NCBI GenBank assembly: GCA_031287415.1
Contig: JAITSY010000026.1
Span: forward strand, 3,503-67,502
Direction: 5' to 3'
Source: Candidatus Methanorbis basalitermitum
GTDB taxonomy: Archaea > Halobacteriota > Methanomicrobia > Methanomicrobiales > Methanocorpusculaceae
Length of the DNA stretch: 64,000 bases
Made by a program: the position numbers and the translations under genes. Positions 50,660 to 61,979 of this stretch are shown in pieces. Every line of letters begins with the position of its first letter. Within the stretch, counting starts at the first letter, position 1. Under the pieces are notes generated by a model. It did not search any database. It saw only the letters and a list, made by a program, of their open reading frames with translations, and was not told where the DNA came from.

Positions 50660-52141
50660 GATGCTTGTTTCGCTGCCTCCATTGGATGGGGCCTGAGGGT
50701 ATCTGCAAAGATGATGCAGCCCGCGTAGCTTCCGCCGCCCGCTACATAGATTACAGTTTCGACCGGGACACTTTCCGGAACAGAAATACCTGCCTCGGTA
50801 AGCAATTTTGCGTTTCCAGCAGAAACAATCGTCTCTCTGATATCAGTGGAAACTTCCTGGCCGGCTATTTCCACCACATGTTTAAAATACCGTCACGAAC
50901 GGTTGGTTTTCCGTATGGCCTCGCAGATGGAGAGGGCAAGCGGGTGTAGTACTCATGCTTTCGACGACCGCAGCATACTCAAAAAACTGATCTCTGGTGA
51001 TCCCGTTTTCAGGTCGGATGTCTTCTATGCAGAATGTACCCGTGGTGAAAGTGCCAGTTTTGTCAAACACAACTGTTTCCTCCCGTACGAGAGCCTCGAG
51101 GTAATTTTTCCTTTGGTTGAGGAGGCTGTTTCGGGATGCACCACCAATCCCTCCGCAGAAACTTGAAGAAACGGAAATGACCAGAGTACACGGGCAGGAA
51201 ACCGCGAGGAGGAGGGGGCACGGCAAACCCAGTCCGGTGAAGGGTTCACCGAAGATAATCGTTGGAAAAACAGCAATAGCTGCTGCGATATCCACAACGA
51301 TCGGAGTGTAGTATCTGGCAAAGGTAGTGATGAGATTATCGATATTTGCTTTTTTCGCGACTGCGCTTTCGATGAGATCAAGAATACGGGCGACAATGGA
51401 CTCGCGGTAGGTTCGAAAGACTCGGGCGCAGAGGAAACCTAAGAGGTTGATGCATCCGCTAACAACCTCGTCCCCTTCAACCAGTGGGATAGGGGGCAGC
51501 GGCTCGCCGGTAAGCGAAACGGGGTTCTGCTCAGACGAACCGTCGATGATGATTCCATCAAACGGTACGCGTTTTCTGGGTTTGATGATGATCTCACCGT
51601 CCGCTTTGAGTTCATTTGAATCGATCTCAATGAGGCTGCCGCCCGGTTCGAGGTTGGCATGATCCGGCCGAATGTTCGTGAGTTGTGCAATGGATTTGCG
51701 GGATTTGCTGACAGCGCAGCTTTGGCAAAATACCTCAACCAGGTAGAAGAGCATAACGGCTACAGCTTCGGGGTACTCGCCAAGAAAAAAGCGCCGATGA
51801 TGGCAATACTCATTAGGAAGTTTTCGTCGAAGATATTTCCCTGTACGATGTTTTTTGCCCGCAAAACTACCTCGCAGCCGATGATCGTGTAGGCTATGAG
51901 GTAAAGGACGAGGAGGGAACTCTGGTTTTCGATGAGACCCGCCCGCTGAATAAGGAGTATGCAGAGGAAGAGCACAAAGGTGATACTTATCCGCAGGAGT
52001 ATTTTGCTCTGTTTTTTTGAAAAATTGGCAGGGATACTGCTGATGCATTCCGTTTTTTTTTTGATACCGCATTCCTTGAGTGAAGCGCAGCGGTACATTC
52101 AAAGCTTTCGCGTCTGAAGGTTTTTTCAGGATGCATTCCAT
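50660..52141 (-). pseudogene. Heavy-metal (Cd/Zn) P1B-type ATPase, frameshifted and truncated
   Basis: FDENFLMSIA, EYPEAVAVMLFY, LTGEP, FARYYTP, SCPCTLVIS, FDKTGT across frames; GDGIND and C-terminal TMs absent. Confidence 0.88.
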
Positions 52142-52415
52142 GGTTGCTTGAGTATCTAATGGCCGTTTGAAGAAATAATGTAAAAAGTGATAAACGGAGG
52201 AAAACTGGGGTCATGCTGTCTGCCCCATAGCTGCCTTTCAGAAATTATTGACCGTTTTGACCTTCTTGGTCCATTTGCGCTCACGGGTTTCCAAGATTTT
52301 GACACATTGCAGTTCTATAAATTAGTTCCGTACAGGAATATTTGTCTGAACGAATTATTTAAATAAAACATAATGCTTACGTATAGTAAATAAGAATTAT
52401 AGGTGGTATATCCAA

Positions 52416-54863
52416 ATGACCGATCCAGTCACTCTTTCCTTAATTGTACAGGAGGCAGACCGCAGCGATGCAGGACGTGGATACGCAAGAATCAACAACG
52501 ACACCATGACCAAGCTCGGCGTTGACTCTGGCGACTTCGTCAAGATCACCGGTAAGCGACCGGGCGTTGCTAAGGTCATGCGTTCCAGTGTAAGCGGTTC
52601 GGGCGGCATTGCAATAGACGGCGACACTCGTCATGCTGCAGGCGCTGGCATCGGTGACACCGTGACGATTGAGAAGACCGAACCTCAGACCGCAACCCAG
52701 ATCACCGTTCAACCCGCAGCCCAGAACATCAAACTCGACAGTCGCCGGCTGGAGCAGTACATAGTGCAGCACTACGCCGGGAAGCCGATCGCCAAAGGTC
52801 AGATCATCTCTATCCCTCTCGCGACCCAGACCCGATCCGAAGATCCGTTCTTTTCCGGATGGGGCGGTTTCGCCAGCTACAGCACCGAATATTATGCGTT
52901 CGTGGTCTCCGACATTAGTCCTGGCGACATTGCCATCGTCGGATCGAAGACCGCCGTCCACTATAAAGACTCAGTGTACAAAGGCGGCGATGCACCGAAA
53001 GGAAAATCTGCCGGAAACATTCACTACGAAGACATCGGCGGTCTCGGTCGTGAACTCTCTCAAGTTCGGGAGATGATTGAGTATCCTCTCCGCCACCCCG
53101 AGGTATTTGAGAGACTCGGCATTGAACCGCCCAAAGGCGTCCTCCTTTATGGTCCGCCTGGTACTGGCAAGACTCTGATAGCAAGAGCCGTCGCCAATGA
53201 GGCTGGCGCATACTTTGACACCATCTCAGGTCCTGAGATTATGTCGAAGTACTATGGTGATTCCGAGGAAAAACTCCGCGACATCTTCCAGAAGGCTGAG
53301 GAAAATGCCCCAGCAATCCTCTTCATCGACGAGATAGATTCCATCGCCCCGAAGCGAGACGAGTCCAAAGGAGAGATGGAACGCCGAATTGTTGCCCAGC
53401 TTCTGTCCTTAATGGACGGCTTAAAGAGCCGCGGCAAGGTCATCGTGATTGCGGCAACCAACCTACCGGATTCCATTGATCCTGCTCTGCGTCGCGGTGG
53501 CAGGTTCGACCGTGAAATCGAGATAGGTGTACCGGACAAAGAAGGGAGAAGGGAAATTCTCCAGATTCATTCCAGAAATGTTCCGCTCTCCGAGAACGCC
53601 GATCTCAACAAGTACGCAAGCACAACCCACGGATTTGTGGGCGCTGACCTTGCTCTGGTGGTCAAAGAGGCTGCAATGCATGCATTGCGCCGCGAGTTTC
53701 CGGGCATGAACCCTGATGAAGCCATCTCAAAAGAGAGACTTGAAGGCCTGATGGTCACAGCCGAGGACTTTGAGACAGCCTTAAAGATGGTGCAGCCATC
53801 CGCAATGCGGGAAGTACTTGTCGAAGTGCCGGACATTCACTGGTCGGATATCGGCGGTCTTGACGACGTTAAAGAAGAGCTCCGACAGGCGGTTGAATGG
53901 CCATTGAAGTATGCGGATGTGTACAAACAGTTCGCCACCAAATCTCCAAAGGGATTCCTGTTGTTCGGTCCACCAGGAACCGGCAAGACGCTGCTTGCAA
54001 AAGCGGTTGCCAACGAGTCAGAATGTAATTTCATTGCGGTGAAGGGGCCAGAACTGATGTCGAAGTGGGTCGGTGAGTCTGAAAAGGGCGTGCGGGAGAT
54101 TTTCCGGAAAGCCAAGCTTGCATCCCCGTCAATCATTTTCTTCGATGAGATCGATTCTGTCGTCCCCCGCAGAGGAAGCTATGAAGGTTCGGCTCATGTG
54201 ACCGAGAGCGTAGTCAGCCAGTTCCTAACCGAGCTTGACGGTCTTGAAGAGTTGAAGAGCGTCGTGGTCATTGGTGCAACGAATCGTCCAGATTTGATTG
54301 ATCCGGCACTATTAAGACCAGGACGACTGGAGCAGCACATCTTTGTGCCGCCATCTGACGAGGAAGGCAGAAAACAGATATTTGAGGTATACCTGAAAGG
54401 TGTCAGAGATATGCTTGCAGATGATCTGAACGTTGACGAAATGGTTGCCGAAACCGATGGATTCGGGGGTGCGGACATCGAGGCTCTCGTCCGTGAGGCA
54501 AAGATGGTTGCCATCCGTGAGTTTGTGCGGGCAATGGCGGGCCGCGAAGCACAGGACATCTCGCTTGCGGTCAGCAGCGTGAAGATCTACAAACACCATT
54601 TCAATGAGGCGTTAAAGCGGATCCACCCGTCATTGGACAGGGAAGGACGCAGGAATGCAGAGCGGGACTCCTGGCCGTACAGGTTCAACGAGGAGGAGAG
54701 GGTTATTCTGAACAAGGCGCTGACCACGCTGAAGATGGCCGAGTACAAGTCCAATGAGAATGAAGGGGTGAAGGAAAAGCTTGCCAAACTTGACAAGCTG
54801 CTGATGAGCCATCAGAAAGATTTTAGCGTAATCAAAGAAATAATTAAAAATGTAGAAAACTGA
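52416..54863 (+). CDS. cdc48: CDC48/VAT AAA+ ATPase
   Basis: Two AAA modules [13 protein letters not shown]-domain DAGRGYAR. Confidence 0.96.
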   Translation: MTDPVTLSLIVQEADRSDAGRGYARINNDTMTKLGVDSGDFVKITGKRPGVAKVMRSSVSGSGGIAIDGDTRHAAGAGIGDTVTIEKTEPQTATQITVQPAAQNIKLDSRRLEQYIVQHYAGKPIAKGQIISIPLATQTRSEDPFFSGWGGFASYSTEYYAFVVSDISPGDIAIVGSKTAVHYKDSVYKGGDAPKGKSAGNIHYEDIGGLGRELSQVREMIEYPLRHPEVFERLGIEPPKGVLLYGPPGTGKTLIARAVANEAGAYFDTISGPEIMSKYYGDSEEKLRDIFQKAEENAPAILFIDEIDSIAPKRDESKGEMERRIVAQLLSLMDGLKSRGKVIVIAATNLPDSIDPALRRGGRFDREIEIGVPDKEGRREILQIHSRNVPLSENADLNKYASTTHGFVGADLALVVKEAAMHALRREFPGMNPDEAISKERLEGLMVTAEDFETALKMVQPSAMREVLVEVPDIHWSDIGGLDDVKEELRQAVEWPLKYADVYKQFATKSPKGFLLFGPPGTGKTLLAKAVANESECNFIAVKGPELMSKWVGESEKGVREIFRKAKLASPSIIFFDEIDSVVPRRGSYEGSAHVTESVVSQFLTELDGLEELKSVVVIGATNRPDLIDPALLRPGRLEQHIFVPPSDEEGRKQIFEVYLKGVRDMLADDLNVDEMVAETDGFGGADIEALVREAKMVAIREFVRAMAGREAQDISLAVSSVKIYKHHFNEALKRIHPSLDREGRRNAERDSWPYRFNEEERVILNKALTTLKMAEYKSNENEGVKEKLAKLDKLLMSHQKDFSVIKEIIKNVEN

Positions 54864-54907
54864 GGTAGAGGGATTTTTTGCCAGGGTTTTTTTGGATGTG
54901 AAACGTA

Positions 54908-55342
54908 ATGCCGGAGTTGCCAGACGATGCCTACAAGGATCTGATGGATATTATTCACCAGATTATCACAGCTCACGCTTCCGGCGATGCTGAGGAGAAG
55001 TTTTCACCAATTATGGGAGTAAAGTTTGTTCTCGACGGAGGCACGATCCATCTTGCCCCCATCAATCCTCAGCCAAGGACGGTTCCCATCGAGGTGTTTG
55101 AGGACGCTGGAACCATAATTATTCAGACGGAGTTGCCGCAGGAGTGTCCGGATGATTTCTTTATCGCATATAGGGATGGAAAACTGCAGCTGAGCGCGGG
55201 AGTACGCCGCGAGTATTCTGCGATAATTCCTGTTGCAGAGATTGATCCGTCGCTTACCGAGACGCATCTGCACAATGGTGTTCTTGAGATAGTCTGTTTC
55301 AAGAAGATTGAAAGCACGCCCCTCCCGGAGAAGGAAGAATGA
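54908..55342 (+). CDS. Hsp20/alpha-crystallin-like protein
   Basis: IEVFE...ELP, LHNGVLEI; adjacent to cdc48. Confidence 0.7.
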   Translation: MPELPDDAYKDLMDIIHQIITAHASGDAEEKFSPIMGVKFVLDGGTIHLAPINPQPRTVPIEVFEDAGTIIIQTELPQECPDDFFIAYRDGKLQLSAGVRREYSAIIPVAEIDPSLTETHLHNGVLEIVCFKKIESTPLPEKEE

Positions 55343-55441
55343 GATTTTTTCTTTTTTTGGCGTACTTTTTTGAGGGAAAAGTGATTGTTCTGCTCCTGTT
55401 TTCTGATATTTTTAACACCCCGTATCACGCAGACATAAGAT

Positions 55442-55522
55442 AGATGCATGGCAGCGGAACGCTTGCAGCGTTGCGTGTGGAACACGTGCAACCACTGCAC
55501 ATCTCTATTAGGGGTGTGCAAC
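55442..55522 (-). repeat. Repeat family B copy
   Basis: Reverse complement gttgcacacccctaatagagatgtgcagtggttgcacgtgttccac...ccgctgccatgcatct. Confidence 0.85.
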
Positions 55523-55626
55523 AAATCCCAATGAATATCTATTTCAAAATTAGTTGACATATCATTAAATGGTGTGTGGATGGGTAAACGGCGAATTATT
55601 ACATTGCGGGAAGGACGGCGGATAAG

Positions 55627-56748
55627 ATGAAGATACTCTTTGCCGTCTGTGGAGAAGGGCTGGGTCATGCATCACGTTCGGCGAAACTCGCCGCATATCT
55701 TGAACTGCACGGCCACAGTTGTTCCTTTGCCTCCTATGGAAAAGCGTACGACTTTATTCAAAGACAGGGAAATTTTCCAGTATTTGCAATCAGTCGCGAA
55801 GTTACTCTGGGCGGAAATAACGGTTTGTTCAGTCTGGCAAAAACACTGTGGCTCTCAAAAACAGTCCTTTTTTCCCTTTTGCATTCGTGCTGCGACATTC
55901 GCCGAATTCTCCGAGAGAACAGCTTTGACATTCTGGTTGCCGACACCATGTATGCGGCAGGATTCGCAGCAAAATCCCTCGGAATTCCAGGAGTATTCAT
56001 AACAAATCAGAACACGTTTGCCCCAGCAGCAAATCCAACCGCAGTATACTGGCAGATTCTCAACAGGATAGTACAACACTATCTTCAAACAGTTCCTGAA
56101 GCAGTGCTTGTCCCGGACTTCCCTCCACCAGATACAGTAAGCATTTATAATTTTACTATTTCCGCGGCGGAAATGAAACACTATCATTTTGTCGGCCCTA
56201 TCTTGGACAGGGATCTTTCCGACATCTCTACAGTGTCGGAAACGATTTTTACAAGTTTTGGCGGGGAGTCGTTCAAACTTCCTATCTATACCATGCTTCG
56301 CGACATTGCAGACACTATGCCTGACCGGCAGTTTGAGGTTTTCTCCACAACGCCGGGTCTTCCCAAGAGCACGGAGAATTTCCAGACATTTGGATATGTG
56401 CCGGATATTCTGCCATATCTGGCAAAAGCCAGGGCAGCAGTTTTGCACGGCGGGCTGACCACTCTGCAGGAAGCACTTTTCTATGGAAAACCTATTGTCA
56501 TGATCATTGATCCTTATCATCCAGAACAGTGGAACAACGCAAGAAAGATAGAAGAGATGCAGGCAGGGATTTTAATCCGTGGTGATCTCATGACAAAAGA
56601 ACTGCTTGAGGATGCGATTTACAGTGCGCTTCAGATGCATCCCCCTGATATGAAGCAGCGTTTCTCCTCAGAAAACGGACGGGAACAGATCTGCCTGGTT
56701 CTGGAGAAAATAGGGGAAAAGGAGAATTGCAACGTTTCCAGAAAGTAG
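55627..56748 (+). CDS. GT28/MurG-like glycosyltransferase (MJ1255-like)
   Basis: CGEGLGHASR, VPDFPPP, VGPI, HGGLTTLQEAL, EQWNNA. Confidence 0.87.
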   Translation: MKILFAVCGEGLGHASRSAKLAAYLELHGHSCSFASYGKAYDFIQRQGNFPVFAISREVTLGGNNGLFSLAKTLWLSKTVLFSLLHSCCDIRRILRENSFDILVADTMYAAGFAAKSLGIPGVFITNQNTFAPAANPTAVYWQILNRIVQHYLQTVPEAVLVPDFPPPDTVSIYNFTISAAEMKHYHFVGPILDRDLSDISTVSETIFTSFGGESFKLPIYTMLRDIADTMPDRQFEVFSTTPGLPKSTENFQTFGYVPDILPYLAKARAAVLHGGLTTLQEALFYGKPIVMIIDPYHPEQWNNARKIEEMQAGILIRGDLMTKELLEDAIYSALQMHPPDMKQRFSSENGREQICLVLEKIGEKENCNVSRK

Positions 56749-56806
56749 CTGCCTTGACGATCGGGCAGCGCCTGCGGATCTTTGTGTTTCCCTGACAGGC
56801 TTAAAT

Positions 56807-56857
56807 GGCAGGCGACTCCGTTGCCTCGCCGGGCTGCAAAGCCCTTGGCTTTGCAGC
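56807..56857 (+). repeat. Repeat family C copy
   Basis: gcgactccgttgcctcgccgg-gctgcaaagcc-ctt-ggctttgcagc hairpin. Confidence 0.8.
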
Positions 56858-56923
56858 ATAATCCACATTCCAGACAGACCCTACCCTTCATTACCCAACC
56901 CGCCAATATTCTAATCACAACCC

Positions 56924-59191
56924 ATGCTCTACGTCAGCCACCCGAATATTCCACCGAACACCATCGAAGAACGTACCTATCAGACCAGCATTTCCCGCCA
57001 TGCCCTTGAGGGAAACACGCTTGTCGTGCTCCCAACCGGTATGGGAAAGACGGCAGTTGCCCTCCGAGTGGCGGCCGAACGGCAGGACTCCGGAAAAATT
57101 CTGATGCTTGCCCCGACCAAACCGCTGGTCGAACAGCACTTTCGCTACTTTTCCAAAAACCTGCGGCTCGATGAAGGCGGCGTTGTCATGTTCACCGGCA
57201 GCAATCCACCGGCAAAGCGTATCGGACTCTGGAAACAGGCAAGTCTCTGCATCTCAACACCAGAGGTCATCAAAAACGATCTGATCGCCGAACGCTACTC
57301 GCTTCGCGATGTTTCGCTTCTGATTGTGGACGAGTGCCACAGGACGGTCGGTAATTATGCGTATGTGTTCATCTCCGAACGCTATACCGCAACCGCGGAC
57401 CATCCGCTCGTTCTCGGCATGACGGCATCGCCCGGTTCCGACCCAGAGATGGTTGCCGAGATATGCGGGCATCTTTCCATCGGCATTGTTGAGAGCCGCA
57501 TCGAAACCGATGCTGATGTCAGGCCCTATGTGCACGAGCGGGAGATCGAGTATCGGACCGTCGATCTTCCAGAAGATCTCTGGCTTGCCTTGAGCGTGTT
57601 AAATGGCATGATCGAGGACCGACTGACAATTCTTGCCGAGCTTGGGTATCGGGTGCCACACCGCGGGAAACTGTCGATGAAAGCCCTCAACGGCGTGCTG
57701 GCACAAATTCAGAGCAGGATGCAACAGCGGGACCGCACCGCCTACACCGCCATTTCAGTCCATGCTGAGCTGATGAAGCTCAAGCATGGGGTCACGATGG
57801 CCGAGTCGCAGGGAACAACCACCCTCAAATCCTATCTCACCCGACTAGAGACTGAGGGAACGTCAGGCACCGGAAGCAAGGCGAGCAGCCGCATCTATGC
57901 TGACGAACGGTTCAAACGGTTGTTGTCCCTTGCAGATGCCTGGAAAAGAGAACTTCATCCAAAGGCGGGAGAGGTGGTCCGGATCGTCTGCGACCAGCTA
58001 AGGGAAGACCCCGAATCTCGGATCATTGTGTTTGCCACCTACCGCGATGGCGTGTCGATGCTCGTGAACCATCTGGCGGATGCAGGAATCCCTGCCCTCC
58101 GGTTTGTGGGTCAGGCATCCCGTGATGCGGAGAAGGGGTTATCACAGAAGGAGCAGATAGAAGCTATCCACCAGTTCCGCGACGGCGAGTTCCAGGTCCT
58201 GGTGGCGACGTCCGTTGGGGAGGAAGGACTGGATATTCCGTCCACCGATCTGGTTATCTTTTATGAAGCGGTGCCGTCGGAAGTGCGGAGCATTCAACGG
58301 AAAGGCCGGACCGGCAGGAACTCATCGGGCAAGATCATTGTGCTGATTACAAAGGGAACAACCGACGAGACGTTCCACTGGGTGAGCACCAGTCGTGAAA
58401 AACAGATGCAGAAAGGCGTCAAGGCGATGCGGGACGGCAGGGTCCCGCAAACTGCTCCGGATCCGGTGAATCCTCAACTGACGCTTGCGGACGCAGTGAT
58501 TTGCACTGCCGCATCGTCGGCTTTTTCAGATAGTGCGGCGGAACGGCCTGCCGTTGTCATCGACAACCGGGAGATGTCCTCGAAGGTTGCGGAGCATCTC
58601 AGCAACCTCGGAGCAAAGATTACACTTACGGCTCTGGCGACCGGCGATTATGCAATCGGCGATCGGGTTCTTGTCGAACGGAAGACAGTTCAAGATTTCA
58701 TGGATACTCTTGTCGACCGAGACCTCTTCGGACAGATTCGAGAGCTTGCGGAATCGGCAATGCGGCCTGTACTGATCGTAGAGGGCGGATCGATTGCGGA
58801 TCTCTACGATCTGCGCAACATCCACCCGAATGCGATCCGCAACGCGCTTGCCTCGATTGCGGTAGATTTTGATGTGTCGCTGGTATTTACGAAGGATGCA
58901 GGGGAGACAGCAGACATACTGTATGCGTTCGCACGTCGGGAAATGGGCGAGGCGAAAGCTGAACGAGGCTTCCACCACCATAAGTCGGCGAGATCTGGAA
59001 GAGAGAAACTTGAGTATATTCTGACCGCCGTTCCCGAGGTCGGGCCGAAAACTGCCCGAGAAATTCTTACGGCGTTTGGTACACTGCGGCGGGTGTTTGC
59101 CGCATCGACAGGGGAGCTGATGCAGGTGAAGGGAGTTGGCGAAAAGACGGCGGGCGGCATTGTGAACGCGGCAGAGAAACAGTATGAGTGA
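56924..59191 (+). CDS. hef: Hef helicase-nuclease (FANCM/ERCC4)
   Basis: PTGMGKT, DECH, EEGLDIP, QRKGRTGR, ERKT..D nuclease, HhH. Confidence 0.95.
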   Translation: MLYVSHPNIPPNTIEERTYQTSISRHALEGNTLVVLPTGMGKTAVALRVAAERQDSGKILMLAPTKPLVEQHFRYFSKNLRLDEGGVVMFTGSNPPAKRIGLWKQASLCISTPEVIKNDLIAERYSLRDVSLLIVDECHRTVGNYAYVFISERYTATADHPLVLGMTASPGSDPEMVAEICGHLSIGIVESRIETDADVRPYVHEREIEYRTVDLPEDLWLALSVLNGMIEDRLTILAELGYRVPHRGKLSMKALNGVLAQIQSRMQQRDRTAYTAISVHAELMKLKHGVTMAESQGTTTLKSYLTRLETEGTSGTGSKASSRIYADERFKRLLSLADAWKRELHPKAGEVVRIVCDQLREDPESRIIVFATYRDGVSMLVNHLADAGIPALRFVGQASRDAEKGLSQKEQIEAIHQFRDGEFQVLVATSVGEEGLDIPSTDLVIFYEAVPSEVRSIQRKGRTGRNSSGKIIVLITKGTTDETFHWVSTSREKQMQKGVKAMRDGRVPQTAPDPVNPQLTLADAVICTAASSAFSDSAAERPAVVIDNREMSSKVAEHLSNLGAKITLTALATGDYAIGDRVLVERKTVQDFMDTLVDRDLFGQIRELAESAMRPVLIVEGGSIADLYDLRNIHPNAIRNALASIAVDFDVSLVFTKDAGETADILYAFARREMGEAKAERGFHHHKSARSGREKLEYILTAVPEVGPKTAREILTAFGTLRRVFAASTGELMQVKGVGEKTAGGIVNAAEKQYE

Positions 59192-59368
59192 CGGGGGTAG
59201 CCCCTGTTGCCATCGGCTTCATCTCTCTGAGTTCACTGCTCAGCCAGTTACAGAATAAAGAGATCCATCCCATGAAATATCTTATCACCAATCCGGCCAA
59301 ATAGCGTGCTTAAGCATGGCCTCGCCGTGTGCGTTTTTGATCAGTTCTCTCCGTAAGGATTAAACCCA

Positions 59369-60076
59369 TCATTTTTTGGATCCCGCAGCGTTTGCCACCG
59401 TCGGCAGATGGGCTGCAATCTCCCCGATCATTTCGGCCGGGAAACCAGCAACCATCTCTTCATCAGCAATACCGGAGAACTTTCGGGAGCCGTCACAACC
59501 CAGGGAAAAGTTTGGTTTGCCGCTCAGAACAACATAGGCGGTTGCATCCGAGCACATCGACTGAACGCCGGAGAACCGCGGGTAAATACTTCCACCGAGT
59601 CGATAAAGCGTAGTCTGGGCAAGCTTGAGCATCGCTTTCGGTTTGGCAAACAGCAAAACGGCACTCGGAGAGAACTCCGCCTTCCCCAGTGGAGCGTACA
59701 CGGTTGCATACGTTTCCTGCGGAAGATTCGGCACATTTTCCATCGTCCGGCGACTTGAAGCCACAGACTCGTACTTACCCAGTCTATAGTAATGCTCGCC
59801 GGACGCAAGTGTGGCACCCTTCACACGAAGACCAAGGGCCCAGGCACCGCCGCTGCATTGATGCTTTGCATCAGTTGCGTAGAACACTCTTCCTTCACGG
59901 GCGAGGGAGATCATCTTGCAGTGGCGGACAGTCTCCCCAATCTCAGGAATGCCGGTTGGGATCTGATCCGGCGAGGTTGCTATCTTCACCGCAACGGGTG
60001 ATCCAGAAAGATCCAGATAATCTTCGAGTACAACAGAAATTTTTGCAAAATTTGAGACCGATCTCAGTCCGTCCAT
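59369..60076 (-). CDS. DUF169 family protein
   Basis: PVAVK, RHC.MI..AR, C.GGA.ALG, QS.CSD, SLGCDGSR. Confidence 0.85.
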   Translation of the reverse strand: MDGLRSVSNFAKISVVLEDYLDLSGSPVAVKIATSPDQIPTGIPEIGETVRHCKMISLAREGRVFYATDAKHQCSGGAWALGLRVKGATLASGEHYYRLGKYESVASSRRTMENVPNLPQETYATVYAPLGKAEFSPSAVLLFAKPKAMLKLAQTTLYRLGGSIYPRFSGVQSMCSDATAYVVLSGKPNFSLGCDGSRKFSGIADEEMVAGFPAEMIGEIAAHLPTVANAAGSKK

Positions 60077-60243
60077 GTTTGGACATAGGGGATGCAATTA
60101 TATAATCATTTCTTTTTTTGTGATACTGTGCAGAAGGCAATCATCCCCAAAAATAAGCCACATGCGGATATCTAGAGGCATCATACTGGTTTTGAAATCA
60201 GGCAGACAGAAACAATCACTATTAAGCAAAAACAGCAAAAAAG

Positions 60244-61062
60244 TCAGAGAAGACGGAGTTTTTGCTCAACTTTTTCAAAAAAACTCCGACCGACATCCAA
60301 AAACAGCGCAGGTTCCCGCGATTTCCACACCCTCAGTGAAACCTCCTCCTCAATCTCATGCTGCACCTGACCATCAAGCACCAGCTGGGCAGGCTTGCTG
60401 CTCACCAGCTGCACCTCAATCTCGCTTCGAGATGAAATCAGATGCGGTCGCGAAGACAGCATAAATGGAGCAAGCGGCACCAAAACAAACGCCTCAATAA
60501 GTGGATCCACAATCGGTCCGCCTGCACTCATTGCATAGGCTGTCGAACCGGTCGGCGTTCCAATAATCAGACCATCCGCACGGAACTCCCCCATCTTTTC
60601 ACCGTCAACGAACGTCTCAAACTGCAGCATCTTTGCAGGACGCGACGTCACAATCACCGCCTCATTCAGAGCCGAACCGAGAGGATTTCCATCATGCTCG
60701 ATTGATATCCGCATCCGCGGTGCAACTGCAAGTGGCAGTGCAAGCTGCGACAAAACATCACCCGCGTGTTCCCGCTCCAAGTCCGTCAAAAACCCTATCC
60801 TGCCCTGATTCACCCCAACAATTGGAATCTGCCGGAGAAGCATCCGCACCGCACGAAGTACACTCCCGTCACCGCCAAACACCACAACCAGATCTGCAGA
60901 AAACGAAAGCGACGACAACGAGACCCCATCATACCCAAGCTCAGCAGCAACTGAATTCTCATAAACAACCTCATGCCCCGTATCAGTCAGCATCCAGCCA
61001 AGCGACTGCGCCAACTCAATAGGATCTTTCAGATCCACCCGGGAAACAATACAGATCTTCAT
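60244..61062 (-). CDS. NAD kinase
   Basis: GGDGSVL, GRIGFL, ALNE, DGLIIGTPTGSTAYAMSAGGP. Confidence 0.94.
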   Translation of the reverse strand: MKICIVSRVDLKDPIELAQSLGWMLTDTGHEVVYENSVAAELGYDGVSLSSLSFSADLVVVFGGDGSVLRAVRMLLRQIPIVGVNQGRIGFLTDLEREHAGDVLSQLALPLAVAPRMRISIEHDGNPLGSALNEAVIVTSRPAKMLQFETFVDGEKMGEFRADGLIIGTPTGSTAYAMSAGGPIVDPLIEAFVLVPLAPFMLSSRPHLISSRSEIEVQLVSSKPAQLVLDGQVQHEIEEEVSLRVWKSREPALFLDVGRSFFEKVEQKLRLL

Positions 61063-61853
61063 CAGGACCTCAGATACTCAATCACTTTTCGGTGGATCAC
61101 TCGATTCGTTGCGACAAGACATCGGCCGGAAACAACATTATCTGGAAATTCGACTGGACTCCCGTCCGGAGATGACACACGACCTCTCGCCTCCTGACAA
61201 ATCAGAATACCCGCCGCAGCATCCGTTACGCGGAGGGTACTGCGCATATCCACAAACCCGTCCAACCTCCCGCAAGCCACGTAGCACAGTTCAAGAGCGG
61301 ATGCACCCAGAAGACGCCATCGCCGGATCTTGTGGCCGAGTTGCATCACCCGTGTCACATCAAACTTCTTCGCATACACACTCATCGCCGAGTGGTCCAG
61401 CATAGCCTCAGTTGACACCCGAATTGGTTTGCCATTCAAAAATGCCCCTTCCCCACGGACAGCGGTAAATGTTTCGCCGTTGGCAATATTTTTCACATAT
61501 CCTGCGATCACTTTTGCACCATCGGATAACGCAATCGACAAAGCATAAAAGGGAATGCCCGACACCGCATTGAACGTCCCATCCACCGGATCCAGATAGG
61601 CGATATCTACCTCACCGCCAATATCAACCATCCCGGTCTCCTCCGAAAGAAGCGACCGACAGATCTTCCGTTCCTGAAACACCGATAGTACCAGATCCTC
61701 GGCAACCCGATCGATGCGGTCCGTCGGCGTGTTGTCTGCACCAATACAGAGCACCTCGCCTCCGTACTCAGTCCCGATCATTGGAGCAAGCTCCTTTGCC
61801 ATGCGGACACCGACCTCATCACACACAGAAAGAAACTGAACCGGCGTTACCAT
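61062..61853 (-). CDS. Bifunctional inositol monophosphatase/fructose-1,6-bisphosphatase
   Basis: SEE, LDPVDGTFN, GASALELCYVA.G, DAAAG. Confidence 0.92.
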   Translation of the reverse strand: MVTPVQFLSVCDEVGVRMAKELAPMIGTEYGGEVLCIGADNTPTDRIDRVAEDLVLSVFQERKICRSLLSEETGMVDIGGEVDIAYLDPVDGTFNAVSGIPFYALSIALSDGAKVIAGYVKNIANGETFTAVRGEGAFLNGKPIRVSTEAMLDHSAMSVYAKKFDVTRVMQLGHKIRRWRLLGASALELCYVACGRLDGFVDMRSTLRVTDAAAGILICQEARGRVSSPDGSPVEFPDNVVSGRCLVATNRVIHRKVIEYLRS

Positions 61854-61979
61854 AACCAATATCTATATTAGTGCAGGACCCTCATGAAATCAGCGGTAGG
61901 GGAAAACACCTCAACCGATCATGCTCTCTGTCACAACACTCATAAACAATCACCTCATATAATAGTCAGAGTTACTATC

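Noticed and set aside
50494-52141. tRNA-Phe (and tRNA-Val) as integration sites of an island
   Set aside because: No duplicated tRNA 3' end and no integrase seen
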